DNA from: Laetmonice hystrix
Taxonomy: Eukaryota
Direction of reading: 5' to 3'
Assembly (NCBI GenBank): GCA_965235115.1
Contig: OZ249437.1
Span: 48,608,001 to 48,672,000, forward strand
DNA: 64,000 nucleotides
The position numbers were made by a program, and so were the translations under genes. Shown here one piece after another: positions 37,751 to 50,400 of the stretch. Position 1 is the first letter of the stretch, and every line of letters starts with the position of its first letter. Below the pieces are notes generated by a model. That model saw nothing but the letters and a program-made list of their open reading frames with translations. It was not told the DNA's origin and did no database searches.

Positions 37751-39520
37751 TTAAAGGTCCCTACATTAGTGTAGACCTGTTAAATACAACTGTTGAACAT
37801 TCGGTAATTTGAGAGTATCGAGCCAGTCTTTCTACATCAATGGACAAGTAATGGTTTACATTTATTCAGAAAATTCCAGAAAGGATGAGAATCAGATAGT
37901 ACATGTACCTATAAATTAAATGTTAACACTGCATGTGTGTTGGGAATGTGTTGTCCAAGCAGCCAGTGTCATAGACCACCTCTGCACCTAGTGCTTCCCA
38001 GTCTTTGTCCATCCCTCACATGAGGATTTACCACATAACCCACCTCTAGCCAGGAGCGATCAGCCATACACAGTCAGCGCGTGAAAACCCCCATTCACAT
38101 TTTCAGGTACCATTTTGCATGTATTGTAACAGTATAAGTGAATACATGCTAAGTATTAACTGCCACTTGGGTATCATGTTGCATGCTAACTTTGCTAGGC
38201 AAAAGGAGTAACGTCATTACTTTGCCTCAGATATTTACACAAAAAGGTGATGTCCTGAACCAACCTTGTCTATGTACAATTACTGTATATAATCGAGTAG
38301 ACAATTAACACATTTACATTACCGTACCACAAGGCTATGAAACAATGTTGCAGTAATCACGTCAGGATACACGATAACGCATACACAGGAATCAATCATA
38401 CGACTACATGTATCTTTTGTTAAGAAGAGTTTTTATATTTACCTTTAATCGTGACAATATTATGGCTCTACACGTATGAGTTTATGCACTTCTTTCAGAA
38501 TGTTTGCTGACACTTTCTTTCACTCACTTGCATTCATGCATCCATTTAGTCCGACGAATACATGTGTTCATGCATACCTGCATGCCTTACATATCTTATC
38601 TATTTGATTGTCCCAAGACATACCAAACCAATGACCGTGTATTTATGATCACGCTCAATTTGCGAGGGGCTGGACATGATCATGTAATCACCTTCAACTA
38701 ACACAGGTCGTCATTCAGTCTCACCGATAGTTTTCATCATGATATGGGGGGGGGGGGGGGGGGGGGTCCTACATGAGGTCGGGCAGGTTGCGCCCTGGAT
38801 TTTAGGATTACAACTCCTAATGCTTTACTAAAGTCCTTCCGCATCTTACAGAACATGATGTCGACCGGTAGGTTATCCGCGTTTCTCTGACATCAGACAT
38901 ACTCGGGACCGTTTCACAAATCTGTCATTAGGTCCTGACTGCACCAAAGTGTAGTCACAACAACAGAGCCGAACACCGACCTACCAGCACTTACAGAATT
39001 GTAACCACCAGTAATTGAACGTTTCCAATTCCTGTAAACGGCATCATGATTTTCATTTCAACTTCAATTTGGTTTTCAGAAAAGCCAAATGTCAAGGACC
39101 AATCTTTTGCTCTTACTCCACTAAATCTGCATATTCTAACAGTAAAAATGATTTATTGACAAGAATCATCATCCAAATCTTCAAGAAAAACAAATACAGT
39201 GCTTGCATTGATGTCAGCAGCGAGTTCTCTTTGGCACTTGCCCTAGTCACAGTGCGTCGAAGACGTGGCACTCTGGAATGGGCTGCCAATATCAGCCCTG
39301 ATACATCGTTACGTTATAAGGACAATCAATCTCCGGGACCCAGATCTCCTCACAAGTAAACACAAGTCGACTTGTTTGAAAACTAACCTGTTTTAATCTA
39401 TGAAATAGCAGGACATAAGATATTACGGTAATTACACTGTCATTTGGCAATGTATCACGTTTGTCTATCTTTTTTTTTAATTATCGACACCCCTTTAAAA
39501 TCCTGGCAAATGGTAGAGCC

Positions 39521-39658
39521 TTAACACGAGATCTGGCGACCATGGGAATGACAACTGGGGGTGTTCTCGATATGTTGGCGTTCGGTTCGTGCACTGACCT
39601 GGTTGTATGACACAATGTACTCTGCACCGCCAGGGGCCTGCTGGTCATCAGGACTACT
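39521..39658 (-). CDS. Candidate terminal exon D of PIP5K1 (SSPDDQQAPGGAEYIVSYNQV...HGRQISC*)
   Basis: Poly-C tract plus CATAG acceptor; phase 0; 45 open codons to TAA in exon-like composition. Confidence 0.55.
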   Translation of the reverse strand, partial: SSPDDQQAPGGAEYIVSYNQVSARTERQHIENTPSCHSHGRQISC

Positions 39659-42145
39659 CTATGTATTCATGGCAGGGGGGGGGGAGATATGTCTGAGAAA
39701 ATAAAATGGTAGTTTGTTGAATGTTGGTAAAACGTGCAATTGTCATTTATACCGTTACCGTATACACAATGTCCATGCATTCACTCTCAGATCTGATTTC
39801 ACTGTTACACAGCCTTTTGAAAAAACAGAGATCTGATAAAAAGGCGAGAAAACCAGCTTGACCGACCAGCCTGCCTGTCTGTCCCTGTCCTTACATGTTC
39901 GGAATGAAAACGACCCAAAAAAGAAGAAATGTCAAAAGAGGCAGTATCTGAGTGAAGGACTAAGAAGCCAAGAGGAAGCAGGCCTTACACATCTAACACA
40001 CTTATATCACGGTATATTTGTCTAAACATTACATACATGACATGCACGCATTTGAAATACCGTAACTATTGTCATTGTTGGCTCAAAACTGACTGCATAT
40101 TTACCAACTGGATTTATATTGTGAAATTGACACATGAAACCAAATGTTGTAGTTCATGACCTCTCCTCCAGAGGGCGCCATCACATGGGATACACAGAGC
40201 CTAGGACAATGCTGCTGTACGCTTCAATGGCGGTTTTCAACCAATCATCACAACCACAGAACAAACCAAGGGTTTGTCAAAACGTATAGGCCTAGCAGAC
40301 ATACAGCTTTCATCTGCTAAGTGTTGAGACCTCAGTTAACAGGTGCTGCTCGCCTTTTGCTGGCCTAAATACAGCTTACATCCCAGTCACAATTTGAGCC
40401 ATTCGGAACATAATACAAAACTAAGAGTAAGAGAAGATTATTGTGTTGATGCGTCCACATCGGTGAATCCTGATTCGCCAGTCAGGTATGCTCTGGTAAC
40501 CCGCCATGTTTCCAGTTTTATTAAATAAAACCTCTGTCACATGGTGGCGTTCCAATGGAGCACGCCAAGGCTATGCCAACCGGAGAGTTGGTGCTCAGCT
40601 GTGACCATGGGTGCATCCAGGGCACTCGATTCTGTAAGACAGCCACTGTACACCACTACAATACATACTCGGCTAGTATATACAAATCCCGCCAAGCCAC
40701 ACGTAAAAGGTATCACATCTGAAATCGCTTTCAATCTCCCTCTGGCCCCAAGACCGGAGGCTAACGTTAAGTGTGTAATCTCTACTGCTAAACAACCCTC
40801 CCCACCCTTGTTGGCTGCATTGATCTCTAACATGGCACACCATTAGGTTTGGTTACCTTGTCCTTAGCGCCGTTCTATTTTTATACCATACGATACACGG
40901 AATCATTCATTCATTACCAATTGCACAAGTGGATACTGGTTTTCGGGTATAGGTAAGGCTGGTGCTCAAGGCGGGGGCAGCAGGCCACCGCGCTGTGTAA
41001 TGACTTTACCTCCAACCTTCCGTCCCATGTAGTACTGCATCAAACATATTCTTCATATCAACATGGCTTTACCACATGAGAATCCAGAATCCTTCTCACT
41101 GATTCTTAGTGTGTCTGATATTAACAGAGGTGATCACACTGAACTAGCAGAAAGCAGTGTGTCATTGTATAGAGGACTCCTTCCCCCGGGAGCCGTTGTC
41201 ACAGCAGTCAGCACATAATAACATCACTTCACATAGTGAAACAGTACCAATGGTAAAATCCTACACCACTGTCCCATAGGTCGCCCATGAGACATAGGAT
41301 CACCGTTCTGTACGCGCGATCTCCAAGTTGATCCACCACTGCTGGGCCTCCTGTCTGTTTTAGAGCTCCCCTACCAGTAGTAGTAGTTGTAGTAGTAGTA
41401 GTAGTATGGTGTTGGGCGGTATGGTCCACTTCAAAGATCGGCTGCTTGCTACCCCTCGACCATCACCTGACTAGATTTCCTGGCCGTCCGCCCACTCACT
41501 CCAGTGGACCAGGCACACCAGGCCAAGAGCTGAGTGCATCTATGCCTCATACCGGTATGCATGCAGTTCATATAACATGGAATGTCAAGCTTTGAGCATA
41601 GACAGACGATCTAATCGGTGCAAGCTTTTGCACTCGATCGCTAGTATCTACTAAAGTCTAATGCTGTATGGGTTTGCTCTGCCAACACTATTGCACAAAG
41701 ACAGCCAATCAGCTCCAGTCTTCATGAATCTATCGGTCAAGTCAAACAAACACAAAACAATTTCACCCTAAGTTGATCGGAAACTCAATAACTACCATGT
41801 ACACTTCAAATTAATTATCTACACTTTATAGGAATTCTCAGATTCCCTTCACGTCTGAAACAAATGACCCCAGTCCCCGTCAGATGACCCCCACACGGGA
41901 CGCGAGATGACCCCTGAGTTACACAGAATGAGATGATGTGATTGTTGAAGGTTTCAACCCCCAGAGACTCCTGACTGGCTGTATTTGTGTGTGGAAGCAG
42001 CAGCAGCCACAGCAGTGGCAGCCTGGCTATCTACGAGCCGCGGTGGCCAGGCGGGCAGGGGTGTGCCCGGCGGCGGGCCAGGGAGACGTCCAGTCTATGA
42101 GCAGCCACAGAGATCATAGCACCAGGCCAGCAGGTAAGCATGCAA

Positions 42146-42157
42146 CTACAGATGGGT
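42146..42157 (-). CDS. Candidate terminal exon C of PIP5K1 (THL*)
   Basis: Strong acceptor TTTCTTTGCATTTTTCAG followed by ACC CAT CTG TAG in phase 0. Confidence 0.3.
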   Translation of the reverse strand, partial: THL

Positions 42158-42795
42158 CTGAAAAATGCAAAGAAATCACAAACTCCAATCAATGACTGAA
42201 TGAAATATATGAAGAGCCAGACCTTACAGCAAACAATCATATCGTCACATAAAGTTTTTAAATAGTCGACCATCACGGATGTCATGTCATTCTGACTTAT
42301 GTTCAACACCAGCCTTGGCTTCAACACACATTCAAACAAATACATGTACCGTGAAAAATTATTTCCTCCTGTTGCTTAATAGTAAAAGGAACCAAAAGGC
42401 CAAGCCGTAGCCGACATACAGGCCTATAGAAACTGGTACAGAACAGATCTAATATGAAAAGAAATAATGTCATCAACAAAAAGGTCGCCGAATCCTTGTC
42501 TCTTCCATTTCTGTTGAACTATTTCTGACCACTCAGGGTCCCTCGCTCTGCCTTGTGAATGGTGTGGACCAGAAATATCCTTGCTTGCTCCCGTTACCAT
42601 AGTACTACAAGGCAGTGTGCCAGCCGACCACCATACAATCAATCAGACTGTCCCTGGTGGCGGTGACAGTAGTGAGCGCTGAGTGCCCCTGCAGTCAACA
42701 TCTACGGCGACTGTCACCAGAGGGCACCACTGAATGCCGAGTGTCTGACTCTATCCTACATAAGACGAGGAGTACGACAGAAGCAGAGGTCGGGA

Positions 42796-42951
42796 TCAGG
42801 TGAGGTGTGTACATGGTGTGCGCTGTGCACGAGGACCCACTAGAGAGGTCTGGTGTAACTGTGTGTCGGGTCCACTGTTGAGATTGACGAAGCGACCAGT
42901 GTGGTGGGCGTGGTCGGGGCCGGGGGTGATGGAGGACGGAGGAGCACACAC
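42796..42951 (-). CDS. Candidate terminal exon B of PIP5K1 (VCAPPSSITPGPDH...CTHLT*)
   Basis: Strong tract TTCTTTTCTTTCTCCAGTAACAG. The distal AG opens 51 codons in phase 0; the proximal AG gives an immediate TAA. Confidence 0.4.
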   Translation of the reverse strand: MCAPPSSITPGPDHAHHTGRFVNLNSGPDTQLHQTSLVGPRAQRTPCTHLT

Positions 42952-44890
42952 CTGTTACTGGAGAAAGAAAAGAACACGGCACACTGAGCCCACGCTCCTA
43001 AGCCACCATCAAGTATACCCCACAAACACCCCAACAAACTCAATGCTTGGTGGCACAGCTATATGAACAATGCACAGAGGAACCATGACTAAGCGTCACA
43101 CAGCGTTAGTGAGCACCAATTCGTTACCAGCGTATCAGTAAAGTGTAACCGAAATCAAATCAACCAAAGAAGAGAGAAAAGAAAATATGCTTGGGGTGGG
43201 GACTGTTGGTTAATACAGTTGCTATAATTCTCACGAGATTGGGAGATTTAAAGAGCTTGTGGTTGTGGCTAGTGTCAAAGTGATCACTAACGCCCAACTG
43301 GAAGTTACAATACAACCGTAATGGTGCTCAGATAACCTGAAATTAAATGTGACTCGGAACTTGTCTACTATAACGGCAGTAAAAACGCAGTTTTTAAATT
43401 TTGATAAAATACACTGGTATTTGTTTCACCGACATTACGAGCCTTCAACTCGAAATGCTAACAGCTCTAATGACTTGAAAGCCAATAGAACTACATGTAA
43501 ATGATAAGTTTCCAGTGCTGTTTTTGCCTCTGTCATTAATCACACTGACACAAGCCACAAGCTCCAATTTAGTCACATAACCCCAAAGCATGTGCATCTA
43601 AGTTATCTAGTTAATATATGGGTTGGAACAAACAAATGATCTACCTATTGTCTAAGGTGTTTTCCCGGAACTGGTTTAGCCATGCGACTATTCATGTTTC
43701 GATGTGGGCCCTGAACTTTAGATATCTGAATGAACCACATATTTCCCATTCTCAACATCAATTCCAGGATGGCTTATTTCTTATGTTCTTTTTTTGTTTT
43801 TTCTTCTTCTTTCTTATATTTCCCTTCTTTGATATTCCCAGTTCTTTCCGATATATAAAGCATTTTCCACATATATTACTAAGACCTCTACTTCCATTGA
43901 GATGAACTCGTATAAAAAAAAATACAAATAAATAAAAATAAAACCCACTGCCTTCCACTTTAATCATTAGCCCGATTATTTCAACACTATTCTCAATTGA
44001 AATAATATCGTTTTATTCATCAATTGGTTGACAGTTTGTGTCCATTCAACAAAGGGAGGTAATGGGAATACACCTAGGTAACCGAGATTTTTTTTCCTTA
44101 CCAGTATGTGGCACATTATGCTTTCCTACAACAGCAGGTCTCTCAATCTGAGAAACTCTATTACCGAGGCTACGCTAGTTCAAGAAATACCCCAAGCTCA
44201 AAAAAATCTTGAGTGGATTAGCGGTATATTAGAACCTTAATACACTTGCATTTCACTTGTATTTTAGCCCTACACTCGTTCTTTCTTGGACATTTCTTAC
44301 ACAACATAAATCCAATCCTAACATATAGTGTAGGAAGATGACTTAGAATATATTTATCACTGAACAGCATCAGATAAAGTCCATCTAGTAACGCACCTAA
44401 CTAGTGTACGATAACCGTGTACCCATGCAGAAAGATACTACTGAGACAAAATGGACACAAATTGAGCACTAGTGCAGCTAAGTACTGTAGTTCTACTGGA
44501 ATCACACTTTAATCACTGAAGGCAGCCTTAGAATACTGTGTTAATATCCAATACTGTGTTAATATCCAGGGAGTGGGCTGCTAGTTTTTTCCAGTTTCTT
44601 CACACAGAGAGAGTAATCTGTGGATAATTAGAGAAGTTTCAGACGGTTTAAGGTCTGCTCGAGCAGCGCGACATTCCTGGAAGTAGCAGCATGGCGCTCT
44701 GTGAAGGTTCCTAAGGTCCTCACTAGGTGGCGTGGTGGGAAACGTATTTTGTGCGAATACAGGCTTGCCCAATGGTTAACATGACGTCTATCAGGGCAAA
44801 GCTTGGTCAGCTTGTTGACATTGTGGCTAGTATGACTTAAAGTCAAGGTAAAATGAGTTGCTTGGTTAGTTGAGACGGGGGTTAGGTGAC

Positions 44891-45247
44891 TTATTGTAAT
44901 GGCGCCGGGTCTGCTGGGGAGTGGTGCTGGTCTGATCTGGTAACCATGGCGTCATCCTGCTCCACATCCTCAGCCCGAGGCTGTGTACCATTGTCCCCTC
45001 TGTTTACACTCAGCATGAAATTGTCGGGATTAAAGGTGAATGTGAAAGCGTAGCCAGGGCTGTTGGACGAGGCGTATGGAAGGTCCATGCTGCGTGCCTT
45101 ACAGGTTGTGGTCAAGCCTGGCTGGACCAACATGTTGCGGTCGAGTGCTGGGTCTGACCCCAGCCCCGCGTCCAGCGACAGCCTGCTGCCATGGTCATCA
45201 CCCAGCGTGGCCACGGACAATGAGGTCCCTCTTGCCAGGGGACGACT
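44891..45247 (-). CDS. Candidate terminal exon A of PIP5K1 (SRPLARGTSL...DPAPLQ*)
   Basis: Pyrimidine-rich CAG acceptor at 45250-45248; phase 0, matching the 47428 donor; 118 open codons in GC-richer, exon-like sequence. Confidence 0.6.
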   Translation of the reverse strand, partial: SRPLARGTSLSVATLGDDHGSRLSLDAGLGSDPALDRNMLVQPGLTTTCKARSMDLPYASSNSPGYAFTFTFNPDNFMLSVNRGDNGTQPRAEDVEQDDAMVTRSDQHHSPADPAPLQ

Positions 45248-46596
45248 CTGTCCGCATGCATGGAGGGGTCCAAAGGTTGAAAGGAGAGAATACGTTGTGT
45301 TAGCAGCTACCCCACGGCAGACCAGACAGCTGCTGGCAGGATGCTGCCGTCTGAGACAGCTTCCCGCACATGCAGACAACAGCAACAATAGGTGCAGCAC
45401 ACTTAGCAAATAAAGGTTCCTCAAAGAAACATATCAAATGCTTTGGTCAAACTAGACTTATACTTAAAGTCCCTTAAATAAGTAAAGATCTACTTAACAG
45501 GGGTTTGCCGAATCTATATGGTACCTAAAAATAATCATGGCATGAAAGAAAGCACTTAAAAAATAATCATAGCAGAAAAGGAATCTTCCTTGAATAATCA
45601 AATTAAATATAGTAGCCAAAGTAAAAACACTTATGTTATTCAATAGTTGCTGTCTGTCCTTACCTAAAGCAGCATAAATTTTTGCAATAACCCTGATGCA
45701 TACATTTGTCTTAGGTTTAAAAAGAATCAAATATATCAAAAAAGAAGCGAAAAAAGCTTCAAACTGCATTTTTCTTTAAGAGGATATAAAAACAGACAGA
45801 AAAAGAGAGATTCCTTCTTTGGACTGACAGAAAATGAATAAGTCTTATTAATTAAGCCCGCCTTGCGTGTGCACTCATTGATGTAATGTCTTCTGCTTGT
45901 GGCATAGCCTGGCTGCCGATGGAGACGTCTTCCTTCAACCCTACCACCAATTCCTCCGCTACATCCTCAAGGCACTAACACCTAATCCAGCAGGCCTACG
46001 TCAGTCTGGGTGAGCTGGGGCTACCCATGGTTCACTTTGACTGATTCTGTTTGGTTCAGTAACAGCCGCACGTGCTTAAATACCATGCACGACATTACAC
46101 CAACAATTGAATACTGCACGGCATTGCAAACAAAGAAATACTTGCACTATTAAGAAGGAAAAAACTCGTAAAAAATTGCAATTCTTTCAAATATTAAGTT
46201 TTCAACATGCTTTTCACAAGCCGCAATATCTGACCCAACAAACATGCAAAATCTAAAATTAAAATATCTTTTTACAAAAGCACTGCCCATTCAAATGTTC
46301 TTTGTCAATTCTTTCAATGCAAAAGAAATTAAGTGGTTTTGATGCCAACAAAATAACATCTTCAAAAATTATTAGATTTACCATGCAACTAATATAATTA
46401 ATAAATAATTTGAACAAAATGTTATGTTTCTGGGAGGAAAAGTAACACACACTAGTGTTACAAAATATTCACACCGATTATGGCACCTGAAAGAGATGCC
46501 ACTAATTTCCGTGTTTTCGACGACTTAAGGTCATGCACGGCACCTGTCAAATCTCCCACCATATCTCGCCATGGTAACCAATGTATCCAACCGAAA

Positions 46597-46916
46597 CCCA
46601 CTACATATCAATATAATGCATTTCAATACAAAGTTCAGGTATTTTTGAATTTAAAAATGTTAAAATATCTAGTATGTGGCTGCAGTTACTTTTTTGTTAT
46701 AAGCCCAGGTTTATGGGAAATAATGCCTGTGCAAAGCCCTGGGTTTACCCTGGTGGTCCCCAGATTAGTGTTAGGTGAACTCAAATTAAGAGTAAACGTG
46801 CATTTTCTATAGACAGTACAAAAGTCAGCATGGTAACATATGCAATATTTTTATCTTTTTAAAATCAGAAACACTTGTTCTTTCTACCAACATATATAAT
46901 ATTGATATGTAGTGGG
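46597..46916. mobile_element. Probable MITE
   Basis: 18-bp inverted repeat CCCACTACATATCAATAT / ATATTGATATGTAGTGGG. Confidence 0.5.
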
Positions 46917-47427
46917 GTTGACTTAATTTGACTATAATTTCCTGATACAGCCTTCTACGTTTGTTTCCTTGTCACACTCAAAATGATGGCCGGATAGGGC
47001 AAGCATTAGTTGATAAACGAGGCACTTTTTAAGTGTCTACATAAGATCGACCTGGAAATGAAGATTCCTGAAACTGTGAATTCATAAATGAATGTTAGCA
47101 TTTTTCTATGAATGACACTGGTTTTGTATCAATGTTAAAACAGTGGAATGCCGTGCCTAAGTGAACCCCCACTGGTCTCAGCCGATGACTAGTAATGACA
47201 CGGCCTCTAATCTCTGTGGTTTGAATACCTTTTGTCACCTTATTGCTCTAGGTCGGCCATGTTTTGTGGCCAGTCCAGTTTCCTCCCTGGCGAATACCAT
47301 TACTCGCTTCCGACCTCGCCAATGTGTGCACTACAAGTGTGTCCATCAGTGTGAGTGAGACAAAGGTGTGGGGGCTGTGTTGTAACTAAACATATGGAGA
47401 TGATGACACCCTGGTCGCATCACTTAC

Positions 47428-50400
47428 CACATGCTCCACCTGGGAGGACTCGGCGTGAGAATCGTTACTTCCCAGTGTGCCCATGCCGCTGTCGGCAGTA
47501 CTGACAGTGGTGCTGCCGCGCTTGGATGGCGAATCCTCGAAGGCACGTGCCACACTCTGCCCTGACGTGGACACAGCACCGCTTGCCACTTCTAACTCTA
47601 TGTTTTCAGTGCTCAGTGACATGTCGGCCGCTCCTCCCTGGGAGCTCGGTTGGTTGCGCTGTGAGAACTGCGGCGTGTCTGCTGTTTTAAAGGCACCAAG
47701 CACAAATTCATTACAGAAACATCGTTTAGCATTCTCTAAAGTCGAAGACCACAGCACAGCATACATTTATATGATAAACAAACAAAACTCAGGTATTACA
47801 CTGTCAATCTCTTCTCATCACATCTAGAGTTTTCAGAGTTGAGCATATACCATTAACACATTGAGAAAGGTCATAAACAAGTGCCAGAATAAGATTTACG
47901 AAGGTAAAATCAACTTAACTACAAACTGATATTGACAAGACCAAGAGCCATGTGTGTGCAACAGCAATACTCTACATTTACCTTACAACAAAAAATTTGT
48001 TGATGTTCCTATATTTCATGCTTGTTCTTTGCGATTTTTTTTGACATGGCACTTTGTTTTTGGGAAACCACTATTGTTACCATTGTTAAGGTAACGCTGG
48101 CAAATAAACACCACAACTTGAAATTATCTCAGAGACATACTCTATTGTGAGGCGACAAAAGAGGACCTACAAGACATGATTACAAAACAACTGGTAGGAA
48201 CAAGTTACTTTCGTTGTTTTTTTTTTTTTCATATTCAATAAAGAAAATAGGTAGAGATCAAATTCATGCAATTACAGTGCTTCCACTGCCAAGAAGCATT
48301 TTGAACATAAACGGCTGATCTTGACTGTAAATAAGCAAGAAACATGCTTTGTGGCCAGCATGAAAAGCCATATACAGTACATGTATGTAAATGGATAGCA
48401 TGCTATTGAATGATTATAGAAATAACTCCCAAGACCTTTGGTATTAGCATTGTTTTCATGGCAAGAATCATGCATTCAACATGTTAGTCAAAGCAACACA
48501 ACGTCATTCAGTGATTACAGCAATTTTTTAACCATTGTTTATAATTTGACAAGAAATTCCAGAACCATTCAACTCGGCTATCCGTATCGGGATACTACTA
48601 GGATAGTATTTTGTGCGACATGGCACTACATGTTTCTATATTTAGTGACTCTGTATCTCTATATAGAAAGGTCTTCTACAATGGCATTTTTCTTTACCAC
48701 AACATAATTATGTGCGTATTGATATCTTCAGTTCAAATATTGCCTTTTGCCACCAAACAAAATGGTATAACATGTTTCCATAATATCTGTAATTGAAACA
48801 TTCAATTTACATGTCACCAACGCGCTGCAGAGGTATGCAGTGTGTGCAATGTTACCAGGGGATTCCTCGCCCTGCCCCCTGGTGGCCACCAACGTATGTC
48901 AGTTGTCACATGATTAACATTGTGCTGATCATGGGACCGATCACATCTTGGTTTCCACCATTTGCCAAACTAAGCAAGACTTAGAACAATGAGTACAAAC
49001 TCCTGCACTGTGAGTGATGTTTATGTTCTCTGAATGTGCCAATTATAATTGTAGTGTCATTGAAGTTGTATACACAATGAGGGAGGGTGGGGAGGGAAGT
49101 AGACGGGAAAAGGGAGGAGTTCTACTAAGTATTGGCAGGATAGGCTCGGGGGTCATCTGGAAGGTGACAAGGGTCTGTTGAGGATATTGACATAAAAATA
49201 ATGGGTGAGAGAGCAACTTTTTGAGCGGGCGGCGGGGAGTCCCCTGTGGGCATTAATATATAAGTAGGTGAGGAAGGAGAGTGAGACGCATACCTAGCAT
49301 ATCACTAGAACAACTTGGACTAGACGTGGTAAAACTAGGCGTACCCTCGGTGTATTCAGTGTGGGTTGGCGTCGACTCTGAAATGCTGTGGGCAGGTGAG
49401 CCCCCTGAGTGAAACGATGTTGTCGACGTTGTCACCACGTCATGCCTGACAACGGCATAAGACATTGGTTAGAAATATTTCAACAAACACAGTATGCAAA
49501 CACATTATGCAGACACAGTATCCTTGCCAACAAACAGTTTTTAATTACTGTGTCGCTCCCTCAAAGGTTTTGTCTGCCCCTTTTCATCCATGGTCACCAA
49601 AACCATGGTTGTCTTTCAGTTCCAGTGTTGTGGTTAACAATGGCAACCCGTCATTCTCTGTTCCAACTGAACCAATCCTATCTGGCAAATTTCCACCTCG
49701 TATCTTTAAAAAAGGTCTGTGAACCGCAATTCTTCAGCTCTACCTGATATATCAGAACAGTAGGTACCAGTCCCAGGAGTACACTGACAGTTATCCTTCC
49801 TTGTAAGCCTCACGAATCCTATCCACAAATTTACAAGCTTGTGAAGCTTATAGCCCCCACCACGAACTATGGATTCTTGAAAAAACGATGCACGACTTCA
49901 ATTGATCTTTGAAGGGCAAAGGAAATATTGTCAAATGAAACTTTGTAAACTTAGTAAAGTTCTATGCAGTTGTACAGCTTGATGGCGTTATCCGGCGTAA
50001 AGATGCATGTCTCTGCAATAACTATACAGTTATGTACAGTTTGATAGTGTTATCCGACATGAAGTGTTTTGTAGATATGCTTGACCTCGATTGACCTTTA
50101 GAGGTCAGTTATGTACAGTTTGATAGCGTTGTCTAGCGTGAACCAACTGAGTAGGGACAAATTATCTGTGGGTCCGGGGACTATACGTACTTTTCGCACG
50201 CTTGTTGCCCCTCATGCATTCTGTCAGCAAGAACGAAATCCAGAAAATGGCAGAGTTATTGCTTCGAACTTCTTTAAATCCAAGATGGCCACCAAGCCAT
50301 ATATTTGGCCTGTGTCCTCCTTAGACTGTCCCTGGTTATTATGTAATGTTTCATGCAAGATTAGATGTTGTTATTTTCAACTGGTTTGGAGGTACAGGCC

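Noticed and set aside
40537-41430. ~100-aa ORFs on both strands and a poly-Thr ORF
   Set aside because: No homology; the Thr run is a (TAG)n microsatellite; probably PIP5K1 3' UTR or intron.
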